Shown in pieces: positions 35,494 through 45,315 of a stretch of DNA of 64,000 nt. Every line of letters begins with the position of its first letter. The stretch's first letter is position 1. This DNA is from an uncultured Bacilli bacterium (GTDB lineage: Bacteria > Bacillota_I > Bacilli_A > RF39 > UBA660): the NCBI GenBank assembly GCA_947629405.1, contig CANRDL010000002.1, positions 23,417 through 87,416 of the forward strand, in the 5' to 3' direction. The position numbers and the translations under genes were made by a program. The notes beneath the pieces are model-generated. The model worked only from the letters and a program-made list of their open reading frames with translations, was not told where the DNA came from and searched no databases.

Positions 35494-36222
35494 ATGAAAA
35501 TAATAAAATATTTAACTTTATTTATAATTAGTTTTCTATTTTTAAGTTTATCTCCTAAAGCTATAACTGACAACTGTTCTGATAAAGAAGATATAGAACT
35601 TTCAAGAGCGGCTAGTCAAATTAAAACGGGTTATACTTATAAAGAAATTCAGGACGAAAGAATGATCAACGGGGTGTCAGTTGAATTTACAATTAATGTT
35701 TACAATATGAGCGATTTGCTTTATTTAGAAGTTTATGGAATCCCTGGAACACCTAAAACTACCTATACAACAAATAATGCTGTAAATGGCATAATTAATA
35801 TTCCTAATCTTTCATCATATACTCAAAATACTTATACTTTAATGTTTAAATCAAAAAATAGTAATTGTTTAGATAAAGTAATTTTAAATAAACAAATAGT
35901 TACACCAAAATACAATGAATATTCTCAAAGCTCAGAATGTGCTGATTATCCTAAATTTTCATTATGTCAAAAATTTTATAATACCAATGTCACTTATGAA
36001 GAATTCTCTGATAAATTAGATTCATATATTGAAAGTTTAGAAGAAATAAAAACTTCAAGTTCTAAAGAAAATAAAAAGGATGAAAAAAATATAAAAGAAC
36101 AATTAGTTCAAATTTATAAAAGCAACAAAAAAAATCTTCTATATACAGGATTATCCATTATCGTAATAGCATTAATTACTGGTATAGTAATTATGATTAG
36201 AAAGAGAATGAAAATAAAATAA
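35494..36222 (+). CDS. family-A protein 1: secreted 4-Cys domain with C-terminal TM anchor (no known family)
   Basis: Signal peptide. Conserved Cys pattern and the block VTPKYNEY...ECADYPKFSLCQKFYNTNVTYEEF shared with ORFs 40386 and 41178. K/E linker, C-terminal TM and an RKRMKIK tail. Confidence 0.6.
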   Translation: MKIIKYLTLFIISFLFLSLSPKAITDNCSDKEDIELSRAASQIKTGYTYKEIQDERMINGVSVEFTINVYNMSDLLYLEVYGIPGTPKTTYTTNNAVNGIINIPNLSSYTQNTYTLMFKSKNSNCLDKVILNKQIVTPKYNEYSQSSECADYPKFSLCQKFYNTNVTYEEFSDKLDSYIESLEEIKTSSSKENKKDEKNIKEQLVQIYKSNKKNLLYTGLSIIVIALITGIVIMIRKRMKIK

Positions 36223-36281
36223 TATATCAATTAACAATTAATTTTGTTAATTTTTTTTTAAATTAAAATTTTTAAAATAAA

Positions 36282-36310
36282 TTGTTTTTTTAAATTGGCA
36301 ATGATACAAT
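36282..36310 (+). promoter_or_regulatory. sigma-A-type promoter of the B1 gene
   Basis: TTGTTT (36282-36287), 17 nt, TACAAT (36305-36310), with TG at 36302-36303 (extended -10). Confidence 0.45.
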
Positions 36311-36331
36311 AATATTAAGGTAAGTGATAAT

Positions 36332-39300
36332 ATGAAAAAAATAAATAAATTAATTATTTTTAATTTAATGTTTATTTCTTTTTTCATTGGTATAAATTTT
36401 GTTAATGCCGTCTCTGGTAATGGTGCATCAATTAATGGTTCTGCAGGTGGTGGTTATTCTTCTGGAAGTGGTGGAAGTGGAACTGGCGATTATATTATTT
36501 TGAAAGCATCACCAGTTACAGGTTTTAGAATGACTTTAGTAGATGCAGAAGGAACAGTTATTGGAGAAAGTAAAGATTTTGTTGCAAATAGAGAAAATAA
36601 AATAGTTGTTCAAGGCGTTTTATATTATTCTAACAAAAAATATAACAGAGCATTAATTGTTAGTGGTAAAAAACCACAATTTCATCGATATCTTGGTTGT
36701 GGATATACATCCAGTAATTGTGATGAATCTTTAAATCCAAACTATGGCTATTATGGTACATTTTCTAAAAATAGAAATACCTATTATGAAGATTTTTTTA
36801 AAAATAAAAAGGGAATATTTGATACAATAAGTTCATTTAATAATAACAGTCCTATAAATAAAACAATTAAAATTAAAAATCAAGAAGTTTTAGAGGGTAA
36901 TTATAAATCTGTGGTAGATTATTTTAATAAGTTAAATAGTAAAGGATATAATAAAATAAATGATTTTGTAAAACAATGGTGGGGAAATAAAAATGATTTA
37001 AGTGAATTAGCTTGCGAAACTGATGGAGAACTTTTTGTTTTGGTTGAACCAATGATTACTGTAACTAAAGGAGCAGAATATTGGTTTGGCACTGTAACTG
37101 AAATAGCTAAGCTTATGCAGCAAATAAATCCTAAAAACGATATAGGATATTATGAAATGAGTAGATATTTATATGCTAGTAAGGTTGAGTTTAAATCTAA
37201 TGGTTTATCTACAAAGTTTAAAGGGCTAAAAAAAGTTACTAGTAGTAACAAACCAAAATCTGCAGATACTTTTTTAAAAAATAAAGCTTATGGTACTGGT
37301 ATAGTATGGATAAAAGCGGCCAATAAAGAAGCGTGTAATAATACTAAGCCCCCAACTTCAAAGAAAACAACTTGTAGCGATTATAAGGAAGATATTGGCA
37401 CGCTTGGACCTGGGGAAGGGAAAGTTTATCCAAGATATAAATATAAATCTAAAGCAGCTAATACATCAGTTATTAAAAAAGTTAATAATAAAAAAGTGAA
37501 TGAAGCAAAAAAATGTCTAAAGAATCCATCCAAAGATAATGAATATTGTACATCTTTAAGAACAGATTGTATGAAAGCTGCAACTTGTGCAGATTATACA
37601 TCTTTAGGAAATTTTTCTTATAATGGAAAAAATTATATGTATAATAAACAAAATGCAAATATAAAAGTCACAAAAGTAGGGGACGAAAATTTAAAAGGAA
37701 GTTTAATAAGATTAGGATGTTATAAAGAGGGAACCGAATACGATTGTAATTCAAGTTTTTCTGGAGTAAGTTCATCAAGTACATATAGGATAAAAGCAGG
37801 TACATTTAATTACGATGCTTATAGTAGTATTAATCAAAATGATGAAGATCTTCAAGACGATTATTTAGAAGCTTGTAAATGTAATTGTAATAGCGGTGGA
37901 AAAGCAATTGAAACAGGATGTACTATAAATACTGGAAAATGGGATGAAGAAACATTCAAAGTTTTAAAAACTGATAATTCAGATACTATGGATTATTATA
38001 ATATGCAATGTCCACCTTGTGAGTCATTTGACAACCCTCCTACTGATGGTGAAACACCAGGAACAAATACATGTACAGCTACAGCAGATAGTACAACTCC
38101 AAAAACTTGTGAGGACTATGCTAGATTTGATAATAAAGTTGACTTAAGTGGTAATATGTTACAAATTAAAGCATGTTTATCTACTTTATCTAATGGAACT
38201 GGGAAAAGTTTAAAAAATTTTTCAGAGATATATGGAGTTCCAACAATATGTAAAGAAGATTATTCAATAAATTATAATGCTGCTACATTTTCGACGGGTA
38301 TTAATACTTCATTCGGTATTGCTACATATTTGAATTTTAATAACGATAATAATAGGGTCAGTGCTGAAGCAACAAGGACATGTTGGTTAGACGAAGGAGA
38401 TACAGCAGATTTTGTAGAAAATGAAACAGTTCCTACTAGTATATATTGGGATACAGATTATTTTCATACTACCACAGCAGTTAATGAGCTACATGATGGA
38501 GCTAGCTTGGGATTTAGCCAAAGTGGTGGAGATAAAACAAGAACAGGTACTATAACAGTTAATTATAGCAATGGGTCTTCTCAACAATTTAAGGTTTCAC
38601 CTACTTATATTTCTTCTACAAATACTATTATTTATGGAGATGTAGACTTTGATAGTACATCATTATTTGACCCAAATCAAAACGAGCCAAATATGTCACC
38701 TTATAGCGCTCCAACTAATGCAACTAATGAAGATAATAGCGACATAAAAATTAGTTATAAAATGGCAAATGATAAATCTGTGATATATTATAAAATAGAA
38801 AAAAATAATAATAATATAACTTCATGGTATTGGTCGACTAACAATAAAAATAATGGTGTTAATTATACTTTTTATCCTTTAGGTAGCCCCGATGGTAATG
38901 CTTATCCTACTTTAAATATGTCTACTGATGAAAATGCTCTTAAAAGAGTAGGCAGAATTTATTTAAAATATAATGATGGATCTTTAAAAGAATATGTTGT
39001 AAAACCTGATCCTATAAGTGGAGAAAATCATTTTTATAAGGAAATTGAAATTAAACCTAATTCTGCAGCAAATACTATATCTAAAAGCACAAATGCTGAT
39101 GGAAGTACTAATTTAGGTATTACTGCTTTTTATTCATATGCTGTTTATCAAGATAATGAAGTTAATAATTTTTTATCTGAAAAAGATAATAAATCTGATT
39201 ATTACCCTAAGGCACCAGATCTTGGTTTTGATTATTATGAAAAAGTTCGTAATCAATCTTTTAGAGTAGATAGTACTAATTATTTAAATCCAACGGTTAA

Positions 39301-40303
39301 TCTAAATGAAAATTCTATTACTACTACGGTTAGGTATAATTATATTCCAACTACTTCATTTGCAATAGATTTGGTTAAAGCGGAATTCCAATATGATCCT
39401 AATCAATCTAGCGATACTTTTAAAGACCCAACGAGAAAAGTAGAAAAATCAGAATATAGTTATATAACTCCTGTTAAATCTACTGAATTTTCTAAGACAT
39501 CTACTAACACTACTGGTAGCGCATTTGAAAGTAAAAGTAATGCTAGTGATAAGGGTAATGTAAGAAAAATTGGACCTTCTGATACTGATGGTCATGTCTT
39601 TCCAATAAGATTTAGTACTGGTTATAATAAAAATGGATATGAATATTTAATGTGGGTTGAAAGTTATAATATGAATGAAAAAGCTTTGAATTACAAAGCA
39701 TCATATAATCAAGCTAATAATAATGAATGCTCTAATCAATATGCTTGCAATTATCTTGTAAGTGATAATGATTGTAAAAAGAATACAAGTGTATGTAGTT
39801 TAGTTTGTAATAATGAAAATGATTGTGAAGAAGTTTGTTATTGTCCTGATGATCCAACTGATCCTAATTCACCAGGAGAAGATCCTAAAGGTGGTGTAAA
39901 TTTTGTCTATACATCGATATCAACAGATACAGTTCTTGATAAAAAAACTACAACTGCTATAGGTGAAAATTGGTTAACGGAAAAAGGAGAAAAAACTATA
40001 AAAGAAATAGAAGAAACCTCTCACAAAGGTGAAACTTTTGATGATGATAATGCTATTTATACTATTAAATTAGATACTGAATTAGTAAATTATATTAAGA
40101 ATCAAACAGGCAAACAATATGTTACTTCACCAAACTGTACTGGAACATATAAAGTTGACGGAAAAGACATTCCTGACTTATATTATTGTGAAAGCTCATT
40201 TTTAGATGATTTAAAACTAAAATATAGTACAAAAATAGCAAATAATATTAAATATTATGCATATTATGATAGTAGTACTGGTACTTATTCAGCGTGGAAA
40301 TAA
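36332..40303 (+). CDS. family-B giant Cys-rich secreted protein 1 (1323 aa, no known family)
   Basis: Sec signal ...FVNA/VSG and a Gly-rich start. No TM and no LPXTG. Collinear conserved blocks with ORF 41942-44863 (MQCPPC, TGINTSFG, DYYPKAPDLGF, DGHVFPIRFST, Cys knot, AIGENW...FDDDNAIYTIKLD, terminal YSAWK). Confidence 0.6.
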   Translation: MKKINKLIIFNLMFISFFIGINFVNAVSGNGASINGSAGGGYSSGSGGSGTGDYIILKASPVTGFRMTLVDAEGTVIGESKDFVANRENKIVVQGVLYYSNKKYNRALIVSGKKPQFHRYLGCGYTSSNCDESLNPNYGYYGTFSKNRNTYYEDFFKNKKGIFDTISSFNNNSPINKTIKIKNQEVLEGNYKSVVDYFNKLNSKGYNKINDFVKQWWGNKNDLSELACETDGELFVLVEPMITVTKGAEYWFGTVTEIAKLMQQINPKNDIGYYEMSRYLYASKVEFKSNGLSTKFKGLKKVTSSNKPKSADTFLKNKAYGTGIVWIKAANKEACNNTKPPTSKKTTCSDYKEDIGTLGPGEGKVYPRYKYKSKAANTSVIKKVNNKKVNEAKKCLKNPSKDNEYCTSLRTDCMKAATCADYTSLGNFSYNGKNYMYNKQNANIKVTKVGDENLKGSLIRLGCYKEGTEYDCNSSFSGVSSSSTYRIKAGTFNYDAYSSINQNDEDLQDDYLEACKCNCNSGGKAIETGCTINTGKWDEETFKVLKTDNSDTMDYYNMQCPPCESFDNPPTDGETPGTNTCTATADSTTPKTCEDYARFDNKVDLSGNMLQIKACLSTLSNGTGKSLKNFSEIYGVPTICKEDYSINYNAATFSTGINTSFGIATYLNFNNDNNRVSAEATRTCWLDEGDTADFVENETVPTSIYWDTDYFHTTTAVNELHDGASLGFSQSGGDKTRTGTITVNYSNGSSQQFKVSPTYISSTNTIIYGDVDFDSTSLFDPNQNEPNMSPYSAPTNATNEDNSDIKISYKMANDKSVIYYKIEKNNNNITSWYWSTNNKNNGVNYTFYPLGSPDGNAYPTLNMSTDENALKRVGRIYLKYNDGSLKEYVVKPDPISGENHFYKEIEIKPNSAANTISKSTNADGSTNLGITAFYSYAVYQDNEVNNFLSEKDNKSDYYPKAPDLGFDYYEKVRNQSFRVDSTNYLNPTVNLNENSITTTVRYNYIPTTSFAIDLVKAEFQYDPNQSSDTFKDPTRKVEKSEYSYITPVKSTEFSKTSTNTTGSAFESKSNASDKGNVRKIGPSDTDGHVFPIRFSTGYNKNGYEYLMWVESYNMNEKALNYKASYNQANNNECSNQYACNYLVSDNDCKKNTSVCSLVCNNENDCEEVCYCPDDPTDPNSPGEDPKGGVNFVYTSISTDTVLDKKTTTAIGENWLTEKGEKTIKEIEETSHKGETFDDDNAIYTIKLDTELVNYIKNQTGKQYVTSPNCTGTYKVDGKDIPDLYYCESSFLDDLKLKYSTKIANNIKYYAYYDSSTGTYSAWK

Positions 40304-40345
40304 ATTAAAAGAATTTTTTAAAAATTCTTTTAATTTTGGGTTTTA
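40304..40345 (+). terminator. rho-independent terminator after B1
   Basis: aattaaaagaattttt / aaaaattcttttaatt long AT-rich palindrome followed by a T-rich tract. Confidence 0.5.
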
Positions 40346-40385
40346 TTTTTAAAAGCTTTATGCTATACTAAAAAGCAACTATGGG

Positions 40386-41078
40386 GTGATTATTTTGAAA
40401 AAGTTTTTATTAATATTAATTTTTGGAATTTTTAGTTTTTTAAATATTAATACAATTAATGCGGAAGATTTTTGTAATGCCAATGATGTTAGAGTAGATT
40501 ATACTTACAGAGAAGATTTTAGTGTATTAAAAGATAATAAAAAACTAAAAGATAATGAAGTTTTTTTCCATTACTTTATTAATGTTAGTAATCTTAATGA
40601 TAAAAATTATATCATAGTAAAAAATGATTTTAATAAAAAAGAAAAAAAGATTACTTCCAGTTCATTTAAAAGTGGTACTGCTACTTATGAATGGACTAAA
40701 TTTAATAAGGAAGTAGAATTTACTATTGATGTATATTCAGAAGATGAAAATTGTTCCAAAACTAAATTAAAAACTTTAACATTAAAAACTCCTAAATTAA
40801 ATAAATATTATCTGGATGATCAGTGTCGAGAAATTCCTGATTTTGAAATGTGTCAGCCCTTTTATGAGACCGATATCGATTATTCTGATTTTTATGAAAA
40901 TGTAAATATTTATCGTAAGCAACATAAAATGAAGCCCGTTTCAGAATTCGATATGACTATAAGAGGAAAAATATTAGATTTTTTAAAAAATAATATTTGT
41001 AGTACAACTATAACTATAGTATTATTTATAGGTGTTATTGCTATTATAATTAATAAAAATAAAAGAAATAATAAATAA
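40386..41078 (+). CDS. family-A protein 2
   Basis: Same architecture as A1. Block KTPKLNKYY...QCREIPDFEMCQPFYETDIDYSDF. C-terminal TM plus NKNKRNNK tail. The start may instead be the TTG at 40395. Confidence 0.6.
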   Translation: MIILKKFLLILIFGIFSFLNINTINAEDFCNANDVRVDYTYREDFSVLKDNKKLKDNEVFFHYFINVSNLNDKNYIIVKNDFNKKEKKITSSSFKSGTATYEWTKFNKEVEFTIDVYSEDENCSKTKLKTLTLKTPKLNKYYLDDQCREIPDFEMCQPFYETDIDYSDFYENVNIYRKQHKMKPVSEFDMTIRGKILDFLKNNICSTTITIVLFIGVIAIIINKNKRNNK

Positions 41079-41177
41079 GACTTTTTTAAGTCTTTTTTTA
41101 TTTACCCATTTACATTAACTTATTAATTATGTTATACTAATAATAGATTATTGTAGGAGAATATTGGAGGGAAATTA

Positions 41178-41945
41178 ATGAAAAAAGTCAAGATGTTTTC
41201 GTTGTTTTGCATATGTTTTATGCTCGGCGTATTAAGTATTAATGCTGCTGAATGCTCTGATAAAACTGTTGCTAAAAATGTAAAAGCAAAGTATGAATTA
41301 AAAAATGAGACAGACGAAAATTATGATCCATGTCCAGGGAAAGAATGTAGTCAGTCGGATTGGACAGTAGCACCACCTAAAGGTTATTATTATAATTTGA
41401 TTGTTAATAATTTAACTGATGATATGTATGTAGAAATTAGTAATGATTATAATGATAATTTTGATGCTGAAGAAGGTCAAACTACATATCCTGAAAAGGA
41501 TGTTATAAATGCCGACAAGTTTCAAAATGGTACTTTAACATATGAATCATTAAGAGTGTTTTACAGCGTAAATTATACAATTAATATTTATTCAAAAAGT
41601 AATTCTTGTTTATTAAAAACTATAAAACTTAAAACACCACTTGTTAACGAATATGTAAGTACAAAAAGTGATATATGTGCTAAAATACCAGATTTTGAGT
41701 ATTGCCAGGAATGGGTAGATGAAAGCATATCTGAAGATGACTTTTATAAAAAAGCCAAAGATTATGCCAATAAAAATAATGTTAACATCAAAAATGAAAT
41801 TCCTGATGAATATAAGGAAAAAGAACAAAAACAAGATAATAAAAGCAAAATAAATAATATTAAATTAATTTTAATATCAATTGTAATTTTATTAGCGATT
41901 ATAACTATAGTTACAGGAGTTATTGTTAGGGGGAAAAGAAAATGA
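41178..41945 (+). CDS. family-A protein 3
   Basis: Block KTPLVNEYV...ICAKIPDFEYCQEWVDESISEDDF. C-terminal TM plus RGKRK tail. Its stop overlaps the B2 start (ATGA). Confidence 0.6.
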   Translation: MKKVKMFSLFCICFMLGVLSINAAECSDKTVAKNVKAKYELKNETDENYDPCPGKECSQSDWTVAPPKGYYYNLIVNNLTDDMYVEISNDYNDNFDAEEGQTTYPEKDVINADKFQNGTLTYESLRVFYSVNYTINIYSKSNSCLLKTIKLKTPLVNEYVSTKSDICAKIPDFEYCQEWVDESISEDDFYKKAKDYANKNNVNIKNEIPDEYKEKEQKQDNKSKINNIKLILISIVILLAIITIVTGVIVRGKRK

Positions 41946-44863
41946 AAAAAAATAAAACATTAAAATTGTTATTACTAGTAATATTTAGTTTATTTATAAC
42001 AGTAAATGTTAAAGCTAGTATAAATATTTCTTATACTTCCGATTCAAGTATGTGGCATTGGGCAACATCCAATAATGGAACTGGAATTTTTGTTTCATCT
42101 CCAGAATATGCAACATTCGAAGGTAAAAATATTCAAATGTATTGTATATCTCCAATGAGAAATGATGATAGCGCCGTAAATGTAAAAAGTATAAAAAAAT
42201 CTAATGATTGTAGCAACAAAAATAGTTTTGAATGTTCAATGATTTGGGTACTAAAAAGTGAAAGTACATGGCAGACTAAATTGTTAGCAGCTCGTCTAGT
42301 TGCTAAAAAATATGGTAAGCTAGATACCGATGGTATTTGGAATCATGGCAATTATAATATTTATGAGTGCTCATTAAAAAGAATTGAAGGAAAATCTTCT
42401 TGTACTCCATATTGGACTGGTGGATACTATAATGCTGCTGTAGATTTATATAAAAATGCAACTAATAAATCTAATTTAGGCAAACTTTCCGATATGAAAA
42501 ATTTATATACATTATATTATGCTTACCCAGTTAATGGTTCAAGTTATCAGAAATATTATTTCATAACAACAAAAGAAAGAAAACAATGTAAAGATTATAA
42601 AAATAATGATTATGATGGTTATACTTATAATAAAAACAAAGCGGATACATTTATTGGAACTGATCCTAAAAAAGCTGATATTATAAATAAATGTTTTAAA
42701 AAGGCTGAAAAAAATAGTTGTAAATCTTATAAAAAACAATATAAAAATGAGTGGCCAAATTATAAATATAATTCAAATAGTGATGATAAAAAAGTTTCTA
42801 AGGGCAAAAATGAAACTATTAAACAAGCTGTAAAAAGAACATGCTTTATTCACAAAGTTTGTGCTGATTATAAAAATACAAAATATGCAGGATATGAATA
42901 TGATCCTTCTAAAGCAAATACAGAAGTAAATCAAGCAAATGTTAAAAAAACATGTTTTAAAAAGACAAATGATTGTGATTACTTAAAAGAACAATGTGAT
43001 AAAGGTGATGGAACTGCTTGTAATGAATATACTAAAAAAGCATGTAAAACTACCGATAAATGTAATATATCAGAAGCTGATATAAAAGCTGGTGTAGTTG
43101 TTAAGAATGCTAAAACTGGTGAAAAATTTGATGCAACTACTTGGGGATTATTAGAAAAATATGGTACTGAAGCCCAAAAAGAAGCATATACAACATATTG
43201 TCCTTGTGATTGTTCAAGCCCAGCTAGTGCAATTAACAGTGGAGCTTGTAATTTAAAATCAGGTGGAACATGGAATGAAACAACTTATAAAGATGTAAAT
43301 GATAAGGATGCCTATAATGCTGCTTGCCCACCATGTAATTTTAGTACAAACAAACCAACTTGCGCTAATGAAACAGATTGTTATAAATCTAATGAAGGTT
43401 TTTATAATGTTGATTTAAGTCAACTACAATTATCTGCTTGTGCATCTTATGATCAAAAAGACAAACTTCAAGATAAAGCCTATAAAGATGCAGGACTTGA
43501 AGCAGTATGTTATGAAACATATCAAATAACATATAAAGAAGGTGTAGTTGATACAGGTATTAATACTACTTTAGGAGTAACTAAATATTTAAAATTTGAA
43601 AATAGTACAGATGGAAAAATTGATAATAGAATTAAAATTAAAACTAATAAAATTTGTACAGTAAATGGAACTGAAGAGGCTGTAAAAACTGCTATTAGTA
43701 GTGGTAAAGATAATGACGATTATTATGCTGCTGCTCCATCATTAGGATTTACTTATGATGAAAAAATTAATAATCAAGGATTCTGGAATACAATGAATAC
43801 GGATTCAAGTATTTCTGAACCTGTCGCAGTTAGTGGCGTAACTGATTCTTATCAAACTACAGCTACTAAAACATATATTTATACTCCTGCTACAACATAT
43901 TATGTAGGAATAACAAATGCTCAATTCTATGCTCTTGCAAATGATAGTAAAGATAATGGAACATTATTTAGCGATTTAGTAGTAAAATCATATAATGATG
44001 CTTCTGATGCTGATAAAAAGAATATTAAAATGATTGGTAAAGATGGTCATATATTCCCAATTAAATTTTCAACTAAAGCTCAAAAAGTATATTATAATGA
44101 GGCAGATAATAAATATTATTTAGAAGATGAATATAAAAATCTAGCTGGGTATAATTACTCCATAACAGTAGATGATTATAATTTTGATGAATCATCTATA
44201 AATAAATCATTTACTAATCCAGAATGTAATAACTCTTATAGTTGTCGATATGTGATTAGTAAAAAAGATTGTAAAAACTCAACAAGTACTTGTTCATATG
44301 TATGTACAAAAGAAGTTGAAGAAAGTCAAAAAGCATCTAGTGCTTACTGTAGTGAAGTTTGTACTTGTATAGAAAATGGAACTACTGTTGAAAAAAGTAC
44401 AACACCTATATCAAGTTCTGGTTTAAACTTTGTATACACAAATATTACAACTGATACAATATTAGATACAGAAACAACTACTGCTATTGGTGAAAACTGG
44501 GATAATCAAAAAGGCTTAGATACTAAAAAAGCTATTGAAGAAGTATCACAAGCTGGTAAAACTTTTGATGATGATAATGCTATTTATACAATTACTCTTG
44601 ACTCAGATACAATTAAAGAAATAAAAGATAGTATAGAAAAAAATAAATCTTATGTAAATTTAGAAGGTATTAATTGTGATCAATTAGTTACTAAAGGTTA
44701 TGATACAGCTAGTAATAGTCCTACTGTTGTGTCTGAAGATGCTAATCTATATTATTGTACAAGTGAATTTATCAGAAATAATATTACTGATGAACAAAAG
44801 AAAAAATTAGAAGATTCATATGTAGCATATGCTAATGAAAAAAGTTATTCAATATGGAAATAA
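41942..44863 (+). CDS. family-B giant Cys-rich secreted protein 2 (973 aa)
   Basis: Sec signal ...VNVKA/S. Three tandem modules of about 40-47 aa of type C(K/A)(D/S)YK...CF(K/I)(K/H). C-terminal two-thirds collinear with B1 (ACPPC, TGINTTLG, DYYAAAPSLGF, DGHIFPIKFST, Cys knot, AIGENW...FDDDNAIYTITLD, terminal YSIWK). Confidence 0.6.
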   Translation: MKKNKTLKLLLLVIFSLFITVNVKASINISYTSDSSMWHWATSNNGTGIFVSSPEYATFEGKNIQMYCISPMRNDDSAVNVKSIKKSNDCSNKNSFECSMIWVLKSESTWQTKLLAARLVAKKYGKLDTDGIWNHGNYNIYECSLKRIEGKSSCTPYWTGGYYNAAVDLYKNATNKSNLGKLSDMKNLYTLYYAYPVNGSSYQKYYFITTKERKQCKDYKNNDYDGYTYNKNKADTFIGTDPKKADIINKCFKKAEKNSCKSYKKQYKNEWPNYKYNSNSDDKKVSKGKNETIKQAVKRTCFIHKVCADYKNTKYAGYEYDPSKANTEVNQANVKKTCFKKTNDCDYLKEQCDKGDGTACNEYTKKACKTTDKCNISEADIKAGVVVKNAKTGEKFDATTWGLLEKYGTEAQKEAYTTYCPCDCSSPASAINSGACNLKSGGTWNETTYKDVNDKDAYNAACPPCNFSTNKPTCANETDCYKSNEGFYNVDLSQLQLSACASYDQKDKLQDKAYKDAGLEAVCYETYQITYKEGVVDTGINTTLGVTKYLKFENSTDGKIDNRIKIKTNKICTVNGTEEAVKTAISSGKDNDDYYAAAPSLGFTYDEKINNQGFWNTMNTDSSISEPVAVSGVTDSYQTTATKTYIYTPATTYYVGITNAQFYALANDSKDNGTLFSDLVVKSYNDASDADKKNIKMIGKDGHIFPIKFSTKAQKVYYNEADNKYYLEDEYKNLAGYNYSITVDDYNFDESSINKSFTNPECNNSYSCRYVISKKDCKNSTSTCSYVCTKEVEESQKASSAYCSEVCTCIENGTTVEKSTTPISSSGLNFVYTNITTDTILDTETTTAIGENWDNQKGLDTKKAIEEVSQAGKTFDDDNAIYTITLDSDTIKEIKDSIEKNKSYVNLEGINCDQLVTKGYDTASNSPTVVSEDANLYYCTSEFIRNNITDEQKKKLEDSYVAYANEKSYSIWK

Positions 44864-44879
44864 AAGGGGTGAATAAAGA

Positions 44880-45296
44880 ATGAAAGAAAGTTATTGGGGC
44901 TATTGGTTAATATTATTAGGAATTTTAGTTGTAGTTATATTAATGCTTGTTCAAAGTTATACAACTACTAATACTCAAGATTATTACTTAATTAAAGAAA
45001 CTACTGAAGCAGCTATGGCTGATGCAGTTGATTATAGTTATTATAAAAACTATGATGAACTAAGAATTAATAAAGAAGTATTCATGGAAAGCTTTATTAA
45101 AAGATTTGCTGAAAATGCATCATTATCAAAAGATTATACAATATCTTTCTATGATATTTATGAAGCTCCACCTAAGGTTAGTGTAAAGGTTACTAGTAAA
45201 TCTAAATCATTTACTATTAACGGTGATGAAAATTCTTTAGATTCAGTTAATAAGTTATCATCAGTTTTACAAATTAATATGAAAAATAGATCATAA
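44880..45296 (+). CDS. pseudopilin-like protein (TadE/F-like N-terminus)
   Basis: MKESYWG followed by a hydrophobic helix (YWLILLGILVVVILMLV). Leader type shared with ORFs 52442 and 52960. Begins 16 nt after B2. Confidence 0.45.
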   Translation: MKESYWGYWLILLGILVVVILMLVQSYTTTNTQDYYLIKETTEAAMADAVDYSYYKNYDELRINKEVFMESFIKRFAENASLSKDYTISFYDIYEAPPKVSVKVTSKSKSFTINGDENSLDSVNKLSSVLQINMKNRS

Positions 45297-45315
45297 TAAA
45301 AAAAGGAGGATAAAG

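Noticed and set aside
41942-42400. B2 N-terminus as a thioester domain (IQMYCISP, TWQTKLLAA)
   Set aside because: Only a short resemblance to the (Y/F)C(I/V)(E/D) and TQxA motifs. This is too weak to call without structure or profile support.
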